A program made the position numbers and the translations under genes. Below are positions 24,270 through 33,060 of a DNA stretch of 37,054 bases, one piece after another; positions within the stretch are counted from its first letter, which is position 1; each line of letters starts with the position of its first letter. The notes under the pieces were generated by a model. That model was not told the DNA's origin and did no database searches. It was given only the letters and a program-made list of their open reading frames with translations. Source of the DNA: a virus. The stretch spans positions 1 to 37,054 of IMG/VR virus record IMGVR_UViG_3300045988_168372, one strand, 5' to 3'.

Positions 24270-26279
24270 ATGATACAACTATATAAGCAAAATAATAAGG
24301 ATTACAATATGAATGGTGATATGATATTAAAACCTATAGAAGCTACAATAAGAATTGAGTTAAATGGTCTTTGGGAAGTAAATTTAGTGCATCCATTTGA
24401 TGAAAAAGGTAGATGGAAGAGTATAGGGGTTAATGATGTAATAAAGGTAGATTTACCTTGGGGAGAAGATTTATATTATATCTATGATTTAGATGATAGT
24501 TCAGATGAAGGGATTATTGTAAATTGTAAACATATATTTTTCAAATTAAATAAAACATATTGTAAAAATGTAAATGACACTAAGAATTTATATGATGTAA
24601 GACCTACTAATTGTAATGCAAAAGTAGCTTTGAATACTGTTTTTGCAGGTACAAATTTTAGAGGGGAAAGTAATATTACTAATACTAATACTTCATATTT
24701 TATAAGAAAAAGTATTTTAGAAGCTGTCGTAGGAAATGATGATAACAGTATTTTAAATAGATGGGGCGGAGAATTATTTTTAAATAACTATACTGTAACA
24801 CTAAATCATAGAATAGGTGCAGATCATGGAGTTAAATGTAAGTATGGAAATAATTCTGTGTCTTTTAAAAGAAATAGAAACAGTGAAGATATTATAACAA
24901 GAGCTATTATAGTTATGTATGATGGTTTAATGTTGCCTGAACAATACGTTGATTCACCTTTAATTAATAATTATCCTGAAATTTACGAAGGTATAGTTGA
25001 ATTTGATGATATAAAGGTAAAAGAAAGCCCTGAAGACGAAGAAGGATTTAATACTAAAGAAGAAGCTTTTGAAGAAGCAAGAAAAAGGATTAAAGAAGTG
25101 TTTAAAAATAATCATATAGACTTACCTAAAATTACTTTTGAAGTAGACATGATTAATAAATCAAACTCTCTTAAAGGTATAGTTAAAGATGGATATATAG
25201 TTAATTTAGGCGATACGATAACAGCAGAGCATGAAATGTTAGGAATAGATATAAAAACTAGAGCAATTGCAATAGAAATGGATTTATTAACTCAAAAATA
25301 TACGAATATCACACTTAGTAATGAAAGCTTACCAAAAAGTAATTTGATTGATAGTGTAAATACTATAGATAAGATTACAACATCAAATGGTGGGGTTAAA
25401 GCAAATACTCTAGAAGGTATAGTTGATGCTTTAAAAACTAAGTTTGGAGCTTTAAGAGATATTGCACAACCACAGGAAGTAAGAGCAATTTTATTTGAAG
25501 ATAAAATAAAAGGATCCAGAACCTATGGAGCATTAGCATTAGGTACAAGTGGGATTATGATTGCTAGTAAAAGACTTCCTGATGATAGTGATTGGGATTG
25601 GAGAACTTTTATTGGTGGTGGCTATGCTTATGCAGATGAATTAATAGGTATTTTAAGAACTGTATTAATAACTAATATGGACAAAAGTTTTGAATTAGAT
25701 TTAAATAAATCTGGCGGAGCCATTTTCAGAAATAATGGTAAGAAGGCTATGGAAATAGCTAATAACAAAATTGGATTATTTAATTATCTTAAAGAAGATG
25801 ATTATATAGGTGGATTATTATCTTTAATAAATAAAAAAGATCCTAATAAACCTATGGTTTGTCTAGCAAATGATGCTGATAGTGCTATGTCATTAGGATA
25901 TGAGATAGCAGGAAGTCGAGTAGTTCCAGCGTATGGTGAATTTGATAAATACGGTATATTAGGAAACACATATCCTATAACATGGTTGGAAGAATCTGAG
26001 TTTAAGAAAAATATTCATTTGTTTGGAGCTTTTTTTGGTAAACATTTATTTTTTGATAGTACAAATAAGGATATGGTTATAAAAATTGGAGAAACAGATA
26101 AAAAGTTTATGGTTGCAGATAGTAATTCTAAAGTATTATTTGAAATTGGAGATGATGAGTTTACTATATATAATAGTTCTGGCACTACATTACTTTATAA
26201 AATGAAAGGTGGAAGTATTACTGTAAATGGGAATTTAAATGTTAATGGTAATGTGTACGCAGTAAATATTACAACTTAA
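24270..26279 (+). CDS. Tail-associated lysin / Tal-like minor structural protein
   Basis: 669 aa. Position after Dit. Confidence 0.5.
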   Translation: MIQLYKQNNKDYNMNGDMILKPIEATIRIELNGLWEVNLVHPFDEKGRWKSIGVNDVIKVDLPWGEDLYYIYDLDDSSDEGIIVNCKHIFFKLNKTYCKNVNDTKNLYDVRPTNCNAKVALNTVFAGTNFRGESNITNTNTSYFIRKSILEAVVGNDDNSILNRWGGELFLNNYTVTLNHRIGADHGVKCKYGNNSVSFKRNRNSEDIITRAIIVMYDGLMLPEQYVDSPLINNYPEIYEGIVEFDDIKVKESPEDEEGFNTKEEAFEEARKRIKEVFKNNHIDLPKITFEVDMINKSNSLKGIVKDGYIVNLGDTITAEHEMLGIDIKTRAIAIEMDLLTQKYTNITLSNESLPKSNLIDSVNTIDKITTSNGGVKANTLEGIVDALKTKFGALRDIAQPQEVRAILFEDKIKGSRTYGALALGTSGIMIASKRLPDDSDWDWRTFIGGGYAYADELIGILRTVLITNMDKSFELDLNKSGGAIFRNNGKKAMEIANNKIGLFNYLKEDDYIGGLLSLINKKDPNKPMVCLANDADSAMSLGYEIAGSRVVPAYGEFDKYGILGNTYPITWLEESEFKKNIHLFGAFFGKHLFFDSTNKDMVIKIGETDKKFMVADSNSKVLFEIGDDEFTIYNSSGTTLLYKMKGGSITVNGNLNVNGNVYAVNITT

Positions 26280-26291
26280 GGAGATTTTAAT

Positions 26292-28163
26292 ATGGCTTTA
26301 AATACAAAAATAATAGATATAAATGTAGATAAAAAGTATTTAAAAAAGATAGTTGCTAAACAAGGTGATGTTAAAAGTAGATACTTATTATTTAGATTTT
26401 TTAATGATTATGGAGTTATAAATTTAAAGAAAGCTTCAGTAATTATATATATAGATAAACCAGATGGTACTCAAATCTTTAATAATCTTACTATTGATAA
26501 CATTAATAATTTAGCAGAGTTAGAACTTACTACTCAAGCTTTAGCCATACCAGGCAAATTAAAATGTGAGCTATTTATAAATGAAAATGAATCTATACTT
26601 TCAAATATACCTTTTGAAATTGAGGTTATAAAAAAATTGAAAAATGATAGTGCAATAGAAAGTACAAATGAGTTTTCAGCATTAACTGAAGCATTAAAAA
26701 AAGTTACTGGAATTGATAATTTATATAGAGATATAGAAAAAAACTCTAATGATATAGCTTCTTTAGAAGTAAATTTAGATTATACAACAGAAAAAGCTGA
26801 AGATAATACTGAAACTATTATTTATAACTTAAAAAACCGAGAGGGTTCTTATGGGGATTGTATAATAATAAAAGCTGATGATGGAAGTTTTAGCATGATT
26901 GATTGTTTCATGGAAGAAAACTATCAAAATATGATAGAACAATTGGATAAAATTGGAGTGAAAAAACTAAAGTATTTCTTTGCTACCCACGATCACAGCG
27001 ACCACATAGGGAATGCACCAAAGGTATTGGAGAAGTATAGACCTCAATTTATTGTGTATAAGGATGGGATAGATTATTCTAGGTTGCCATCCCAAGAAGT
27101 TGAGTGGGATACTAAAGGGTACCATGATAGAATGTTAGCGGCAGCAGATAGATTTGGAGTACAAAAGATAGTTGCAAATGACCAGAGGTTCACTATAGGA
27201 AAAAATGATTATATAGAAGTATTTGCAAGTAAATTTTATGGAGATTACACTAATTTAAACTCTCTTAGTGTTAATTATCTATTAGTAAGCCATGGAACTA
27301 AAAGCCTATTTCCAGGAGATAGCACAACTGCAACAGAAAATTTTCTTGCAGGAAGAATAGGGAAAATAGACCTGTATAAATTAAGTCACCATGGCGCGGA
27401 TGGCGGGAATAGTGATAAAAGGTTTGAAGAATTACAAGCTAGATACTGCTTAATAGATAGACTAGAAGTGTATAAGAAAGATATAATAAAGAACTTTGCT
27501 TTAAAGTGTTTAAAGTATAATGGTAAAGTTTTTTCGAATGATAATAATGATATGACGGTGTTTAAAATAACAAAAGGAGCTATCTATCCTTGTTGCTTGG
27601 AATACATTATGCCTTTTGAATTTTTAGATTACTATGGAAAATATAAAATGACAGATGGAGCTGGCAAGGTTGCTACTACTGGAATTTATCAAAATAAAGT
27701 TGATTTTTACTTTGTTAAAGAAGATGGTTTTATAGCACAGAATGAATGGGCTAAGTTGGGTGGATATGATTATCACGCTAGCGAAACTGGGGCATTGGAT
27801 AGAAATAAATTCATTGCAGGTACTTATAATGATAAAGTAGTATATTACTGGGTTGATGAATACGGAAGAATGGTAATAAAACCTACTTTGATTTATTACA
27901 ATAATAATACTTATTTAATTAAAGATAATACCATGATGGCAGAAGAAGAATTTTATTCTTATCAGGCTAATTGGTATTATGCAGGGCGTGGAGGAGCTTT
28001 GTTAAAAAACGATTGGCTACACAAAGAGTCTAATTATTATTGGTTAAAATTTAATGGGATAATGGCTTACGATGAAACTATATTTATAAATGGAAAGTGG
28101 TATGATTTCGATGGGTCTGGGATATGCACTAATCCAGATGGTAGGGATACTAAAGAAATTTAA
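26292..28163 (+). CDS. Tail/baseplate protein: BppU-like N-terminus + MBL-fold hydrolase + cell-wall-binding repeats
   Basis: N-terminus KIVAKQGDVKSRYLLFRF. MBL motifs THDHSDH, LFPGDS and KLSHHGADGG. C-terminal ~20-aa repeats FYFVKEDGFIAQNEW, VYYWVDEYGRMV, WYYAGRGGALLKNDW, YYWLKFNGIMAYD and GKWYDFDGSGI. Confidence 0.7.
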   Translation: MALNTKIIDINVDKKYLKKIVAKQGDVKSRYLLFRFFNDYGVINLKKASVIIYIDKPDGTQIFNNLTIDNINNLAELELTTQALAIPGKLKCELFINENESILSNIPFEIEVIKKLKNDSAIESTNEFSALTEALKKVTGIDNLYRDIEKNSNDIASLEVNLDYTTEKAEDNTETIIYNLKNREGSYGDCIIIKADDGSFSMIDCFMEENYQNMIEQLDKIGVKKLKYFFATHDHSDHIGNAPKVLEKYRPQFIVYKDGIDYSRLPSQEVEWDTKGYHDRMLAAADRFGVQKIVANDQRFTIGKNDYIEVFASKFYGDYTNLNSLSVNYLLVSHGTKSLFPGDSTTATENFLAGRIGKIDLYKLSHHGADGGNSDKRFEELQARYCLIDRLEVYKKDIIKNFALKCLKYNGKVFSNDNNDMTVFKITKGAIYPCCLEYIMPFEFLDYYGKYKMTDGAGKVATTGIYQNKVDFYFVKEDGFIAQNEWAKLGGYDYHASETGALDRNKFIAGTYNDKVVYYWVDEYGRMVIKPTLIYYNNNTYLIKDNTMMAEEEFYSYQANWYYAGRGGALLKNDWLHKESNYYWLKFNGIMAYDETIFINGKWYDFDGSGICTNPDGRDTKEI

Positions 28164-28203
28164 ATAGATGAAAAATAGCTTATAATACAAAAGGAGGTAA
28201 TAT

Positions 28204-31131
28204 ATGATAAACAAACTTTTTCTTGATTTAAACAACTTTAAGCCTAATCTAGGTAGTGTTGAACGTGGAGATAGTATAGAACTTAATATTAAGTTATTAA
28301 ACGATGAGGATTACTCTAGAAGTAAATTTAGATTGTTAGGGGCTAAATCTGATGGAAAATCTGTAGAGCAAATTGAAGGATTAAACTTAGAAGAAAAAGA
28401 CTTGAAAGTTGTTTTAGAAGATCAATTTGTTAATTGTGAAGGCATAGTTAAATTAGAACTTAATGTAGTATCTGGAGAAACAGAAATTACTACTAAAGAG
28501 TTCTATTTTTTTGTATCAAATACAATGAATGCAGAAATAATTGATAGCGCTGATTCAATTCCAACTTTAGAAAAAGTATCTAAATATGTTGATGATGCTG
28601 TTAATAATTTAGATGCTTTAAAAGAAGCTAGTGAAGATATAACAATTATAAATTCTGAATTTAAAGAGAATGAGATAAAAAGAAAAGCTAATGAAATGTT
28701 AAGAGAAAAAAATGAAAAAGCTAGATTGCAATCAGAGGATATTAGAATTACAGAAGAAGAGGAAAGAGTAGCAAATGAACTTGAAAGAATAAAAGCTGAA
28801 AATAATAGAAAAGTTTCTGAAAGTAATAGAAAAGTTTCTGAGAATACTAGAGTAACTAATGAAAGAGCTAGAGAGGAAGCTGAGCTTAGCAGGCAATCAA
28901 CTTTTGAAGAAAATGAAGAGATAAGAAATTCAAATGAAAATTTAAGAATAGAATCCGAAAAAGAAAGAATTAAATTTAATAATAAAGCTAAAACTGATGA
29001 AGTGAATAGGAAGGAAGCTGAGACTAAAAGAGTTGAGGCGGAAAAAACTAGGGTTATAGCAGAAGATGAAAGAAAAAAAGCTGAAACTTCAAGACAAGAG
29101 GCAGAAGATATAAGACAAAATACTTATACTAATTTCAATGAAGCTGAAGAAGAAAGAAGAAATAATGAAATTAGCAGGCAAGAGGCTGAAGCTTTAAGAA
29201 CTGAAGCTGAAAAAAGAAGAGATGATCTTTACAGTCAGAAAGAAGAAGAAAGAAATGCTGCATTCCTTGAAAGTGAAAGAACTAGAGGTACAGCTTTTAA
29301 TGAAGCTCAAAACGATAGAAATCTAACTTTTGAAGAAAGTGAGAGAGTTAGAGAAGAGGCTTTTAAAGTAAGTGAAGCAGCAAGGAATGAGGCAGAAGAG
29401 GGAAGAGTAGCAGCAGAACTTTTAAGAGCTGAAGCTGAAAAGCTTAGAGTTGCAGGAGAAGAAAATAGAAATAATACTTTTACTCAGAATGAAGAAGAAA
29501 GACAAGGCATTTTTGAAGAAGCTGAGAATGCTAGAAAAGTAGCTGAGAGTAAAAGAGTTGCTGCGGAAACTGGAAGAGTAGAAGCGGAAAAGCTTAGAGT
29601 AACAGCAGAAACTGGAAGAGTAGAGGCTGAGAATTTAAGAGTTACAGCAGAAGAGGGAAGAGTAGCTGCGGAGACTAAAAGAGAAGAAGGATTCAATGCG
29701 TTCGAGGGTAAAATAAATGCTAATACAGAAGAGTTAAAGAACGCTAGATCCGCAACAACTGGAGAGAAATTTAATAGCTTAGACGAAAGAATTGATTGTG
29801 AAGTAGATAGACTTAATAAGAAAATAGAAGTTTCTATGCTGCAACAAGAAGATAAAGAAAGTCATGCTATAGAAAATTCTATTGAGGGTATGACAACTAA
29901 TATGATTGTTAAGGGTAGGACTTTACAAAATTTTAAAGCTGATATCAAAAATGCAATCTCAAAATGGGTAGATAGTGGAGATAATTACTCTTTAAATTTG
30001 CCTAGTGGAAGTGGACAACCATCTATTTTATATGGATTAACTCAAACGTTAAAAGAAAATCAAAAATATACGGTTATAGTCAATTTAATAGAATATACTT
30101 CAGGAGCTCTTCATTTTTCTTTTATGAATAGTGATGGAAATAAATTAGCATCAACAACTGAATTAGTGGCAGAATCTAAAGGGTTAAAAAAGTTTGTTTT
30201 TACTATAAATAACACAATAAAGGCTGAAACTTTAAGGCTTTTACCTAGAAATGGCATTAATAATATCTATTCTGTTAGTAAAAATATATTGATATTAGAA
30301 GGTGATTGGACAAATAAGCCTATTCCTCAATATTTTGAGGACATAAAATCCTTTGGACAACAAGAAGATAAAATTAGTATTTTAAGTCATAATGAAGGTT
30401 CTATAAAACAAAATAAAAAAGATATTTTATTGCAAAATTTAGGGTTTGATGAAGGACTTAGAGGAATAAATTATATAAGTGATGAACTTAATTCTTTAAG
30501 AAATGTTGCTATAAAAAGAATAGATAAAAGAGAGTATAGAGAAGGTGATGAATCGCTAGAAAATATAATAACAGATAAAACGAATACTTATTATGTTTTA
30601 GAAGAACCAATAGAAACCCCTTTAACTAAAAACATTAACGTAAAATCTTTTAATGAAAAAACTTATGTTAGATTTGAAAATGCTATAAGTGGTACAAGTA
30701 GTTTTAAAGCACCAGTTAACGCAGCAGCTACTATTTCTCGCTTGAATAGAGAGAATAGAGCTTTAGAAGAAGAAAATAAAAATTTAAGACAAGATTTTGA
30801 ATCAACTACATTAACACTAACTGATAGTGATTTAGAACTTGTAAAGCAAAATGTAGATATGGACTTCAGGTTAATGGAAGTAGAATTTGCTTTAGATATT
30901 CCACAAGCAATTCTAAGTTCAGATATAAAATTTAAAAATAAGAAAGGTGAAGTGAAAAGTATGGCAAGAACTCCTTATGAAATGATGAAAATAGTTATCT
31001 TAAGCGGAGATTATGACAGAGAGGATTATATGCACAAAGTTGGAAAGTACTACGAAAGAAGAAGAATGACTAAAGAAGAGCATGATGAATTAATGAGTTT
31101 AATGACAGCGGATGAAGTAATAAGTAAGTAG
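28204..31131 (+). CDS. Tail fibre with long Glu/Arg-rich coiled-coil repeat region
   Basis: 975 aa. BppU-like N-terminus. About 350 aa of AE..R / RxEAE repeats. Globular distal region. Confidence 0.7.
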   Translation: MINKLFLDLNNFKPNLGSVERGDSIELNIKLLNDEDYSRSKFRLLGAKSDGKSVEQIEGLNLEEKDLKVVLEDQFVNCEGIVKLELNVVSGETEITTKEFYFFVSNTMNAEIIDSADSIPTLEKVSKYVDDAVNNLDALKEASEDITIINSEFKENEIKRKANEMLREKNEKARLQSEDIRITEEEERVANELERIKAENNRKVSESNRKVSENTRVTNERAREEAELSRQSTFEENEEIRNSNENLRIESEKERIKFNNKAKTDEVNRKEAETKRVEAEKTRVIAEDERKKAETSRQEAEDIRQNTYTNFNEAEEERRNNEISRQEAEALRTEAEKRRDDLYSQKEEERNAAFLESERTRGTAFNEAQNDRNLTFEESERVREEAFKVSEAARNEAEEGRVAAELLRAEAEKLRVAGEENRNNTFTQNEEERQGIFEEAENARKVAESKRVAAETGRVEAEKLRVTAETGRVEAENLRVTAEEGRVAAETKREEGFNAFEGKINANTEELKNARSATTGEKFNSLDERIDCEVDRLNKKIEVSMLQQEDKESHAIENSIEGMTTNMIVKGRTLQNFKADIKNAISKWVDSGDNYSLNLPSGSGQPSILYGLTQTLKENQKYTVIVNLIEYTSGALHFSFMNSDGNKLASTTELVAESKGLKKFVFTINNTIKAETLRLLPRNGINNIYSVSKNILILEGDWTNKPIPQYFEDIKSFGQQEDKISILSHNEGSIKQNKKDILLQNLGFDEGLRGINYISDELNSLRNVAIKRIDKREYREGDESLENIITDKTNTYYVLEEPIETPLTKNINVKSFNEKTYVRFENAISGTSSFKAPVNAAATISRLNRENRALEEENKNLRQDFESTTLTLTDSDLELVKQNVDMDFRLMEVEFALDIPQAILSSDIKFKNKKGEVKSMARTPYEMMKIVILSGDYDREDYMHKVGKYYERRRMTKEEHDELMSLMTADEVISK
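29563..29688 (+). repeat. Tandem 42-bp (14-aa) repeats inside the fibre gene
   Basis: Units 29563-29604 and 29605-29646 plus a diverged third unit encode AETGRVEAEKLRVT / AETGRVEAENLRVT / AEEGRVAAETKRE. Confidence 0.8.
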
Positions 31132-31216
31132 AAATTTAATGAATAGATTAGCAATAAGATTAGAGCTTAAAGCTCTTTTTTTATTGCTTTTTAAAATAAT
31201 AAAAAGAGGTGTATAA

Positions 31217-31642
31217 ATGGAAAAGTTATTTGATTACATTAAATTATTAGTAATGGCATTAGGAACTGGATTAACTTGGTTGTTGGGTGTATGGGATATA
31301 CCATTAATCACTTTGGTTATTTTTATGATATTAGATCAGCTAACTGGTGTAATTAGAGGGTATGTAAATAAGGATTTAAGCAGCGATGTAGGATTAAAAG
31401 GAATAGCACGAAAATGTGTAATACTTATAGTTCTTATAGTTGCTGTATCATTAGATAGATTACTTAATACTGGAAGTTGGATGTTTAGAACAATGGTGGC
31501 ATATTTTTATATAGCAAATGAAGGAATTAGTTTATTAGAAAATTGTGCAAGTTTAGGAGCACCTATTCCAGAAAAATTAAAAAATGCATTAATACAACTT
31601 AAAGAAGGTAAGAAGAAAGAACCAATAAATGAAAATGCATAA
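31217..31642 (+). CDS. Holin (toxin-secretion/phage-lysis holin family, TcdE/phi-LC3 type)
   Basis: Three TM segments. Family-typical DQLTGVIRGY ... GLKGIARKC ... YIANEGISLLENCASLGAPIPEKL. Confidence 0.85.
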   Translation: MEKLFDYIKLLVMALGTGLTWLLGVWDIPLITLVIFMILDQLTGVIRGYVNKDLSSDVGLKGIARKCVILIVLIVAVSLDRLLNTGSWMFRTMVAYFYIANEGISLLENCASLGAPIPEKLKNALIQLKEGKKKEPINENA

Positions 31643-31705
31643 GTTGAAAGGATCTGCAAAGATCCTTTTATTATTTTAAAAATTAATTTAATAGGAGTGA
31701 TTGAT

Positions 31706-32395
31706 ATGAGTAAAATTTTTGGATTAGATGCAGGACATTGTACAAGTGGGGCAGATACTGGAGCGCAAGGAAATGGATATAAGGAGCAAGATTTAACAAG
31801 ACAAGTAGTTACTTATTTAAGTGAATACTTAGAAAAAGAAGGACATACAACTAAGTACTGTCATTGTAACAGTGCTAGTACTGTAAATGAAAGTTTAAGA
31901 TATAGAGTTAATAAAGCTAACTCTATAGGTGTAGATTATTTTGTTTCAATTCATTTTAACGCAGGTGGTGGAGTAGGAACAGAAACTTATATTTGTGCTA
32001 GAGGTGGAGAAGCAGAAAGAGTAGCTAAGAGAGTTAACTCTAAGTTAGTACATTATGGTTATAGAGATAGAGGAGTTAAGGTAGGAAACTTATATGTAAT
32101 TAAAAACACTAATGCGCCAGCTATATTAGTAGAAGTTTGTTTTATAGATTCTTCATCAGATGTAGCTAAATTTAATGCTAAGGCTATTGCTAAAGCTATT
32201 GCAGAAGGTTTATTAGATAAAACTATAGGAGAAGTTGAAAATAAGCCTGAAAGCGTTCCAGGTAATACAGAAACTTCTAACACATACTTTAGAGTTGTAG
32301 TTGGAAGCTATAAAGACAGAGAAAATGCAGTAAAGAAACAAGAAGAATTAAAAGCTAAAGGTGAGGATAGTTTCTTATTAGCTTATAAAGAATAG
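31706..32395 (+). CDS. Endolysin: N-acetylmuramoyl-L-alanine amidase (Amidase_3) with C-terminal SPOR-like domain
   Basis: GLDAGHC...GAQG, FVSIHFNAGGG, GTETY. C-terminus YFRVVVGSYKDRENAVKKQEELKAKGEDSFLLAYK. I prefer the ATG at 31706 (RBS aggag). Confidence 0.85.
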   Translation: MSKIFGLDAGHCTSGADTGAQGNGYKEQDLTRQVVTYLSEYLEKEGHTTKYCHCNSASTVNESLRYRVNKANSIGVDYFVSIHFNAGGGVGTETYICARGGEAERVAKRVNSKLVHYGYRDRGVKVGNLYVIKNTNAPAILVEVCFIDSSSDVAKFNAKAIAKAIAEGLLDKTIGEVENKPESVPGNTETSNTYFRVVVGSYKDRENAVKKQEELKAKGEDSFLLAYKE

Positions 32396-32396
32396 T

Positions 32397-32435
32397 AAAA
32401 AGCAAGGTAGGTTAATTCCTACCTTGCTTTTTTTA
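32397..32435 (+). terminator. Intrinsic terminator of the late/lysis operon
   Basis: Stem AGCAAGGTAGG (32401-32411) / CCTACCTTGCT (32418-32428), then a T-run. Confidence 0.85.
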
Positions 32436-32514
32436 TTTTCTTAAGAAATTTATTTTATTTTTTATAAAAAGCAAGAAACATTTTTTTATTTTTACATATT
32501 ATGAACTATAAAGC

Positions 32515-32537
32515 GTACAAAGTACAGTACATTGTAC
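32515..32537. promoter_or_regulatory. 23-bp GTAC-rich near-palindrome (operator-like)
   Basis: gtacaaagtac a gtacattgtac: 11-bp arms with one mismatch, directly upstream of the RBS of the accessory operon. Confidence 0.5.
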
Positions 32538-32556
32538 AACAATAGGAGGGATTTAA

Positions 32557-32718
32557 ATGTTAGATATTATTTATAATTATTGCAAAATGTTAGGGGAAGT
32601 TTTTGGATTTGGGGCATTTGAAGGAGCTGTTATATATGCAGGTATAATTTCTTATGGTTTTTTAAGAGCTTTAGGAGGTAATAAAGAAAAGAAAATAATA
32701 ATGGCTAGGAGCAAATAA
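32557..32718 (+). CDS. Possible 53-aa small hydrophobic protein
   Basis: ATG at 32557 with RBS aggaggg. MLDIIYNYCKMLGEVFGFGAFEGAVIYAGIISYGFLRALGG... Below the track cutoff. Confidence 0.45.
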   Translation: MLDIIYNYCKMLGEVFGFGAFEGAVIYAGIISYGFLRALGGNKEKKIIMARSK

Positions 32719-32720
32719 AA

Positions 32721-33056
32721 ATGTTAGGAGCTATGTTTTTTACAGCAATAACAACAACATCAAGTTGGTTTATTGCTAAGAAGATTATAAATAAAAAGAC
32801 TAATTTTGAAGCACATGTTAAAAAAAGATTCTTAAGAACTATTGAGGAAATGAAAGATCAGCAATTAACTAATAGTAATATGACTTTTGGATTAGAAGAT
32901 ATAAATCAAAATGAAACTGGATTTGAAGCAAGATTAATTATTCCAATAGGACTTTGTGAGGATAATTTTATAAAAATAATTCCATACTTAGAGAATGCTT
33001 TTTCAAGTACTATAGAGTATAAAGCTTATCATGTGAAGTTTGTAAGGAGGAGTTGA
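32721..33056 (+). CDS. Membrane-anchored hypothetical protein
   Basis: N-terminal TM helix MLGAMFFTAITTTSSWFIA. Tightly packed ahead of the ATPase gene. Confidence 0.5.
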   Translation: MLGAMFFTAITTTSSWFIAKKIINKKTNFEAHVKKRFLRTIEEMKDQQLTNSNMTFGLEDINQNETGFEARLIIPIGLCEDNFIKIIPYLENAFSSTIEYKAYHVKFVRRS

Positions 33057-33060
33057 GTTT

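Noticed and set aside
26292-28163. Metallo-beta-lactamase-fold domain as an antibiotic-resistance gene
   Set aside because: It has no signal peptide. It is embedded in a tail-protein architecture between an anchor domain and cell-wall-binding repeats. The MBL fold is shared by many phosphodiesterases and nucleases, so the context argues against a beta-lactamase.
31217-31642. TcdE-family holin as a hint of a toxin-secretion locus
   Set aside because: It is directly followed by an amidase endolysin and preceded by fibre genes, with no toxin gene on the circle. It is an ordinary lysis cassette.
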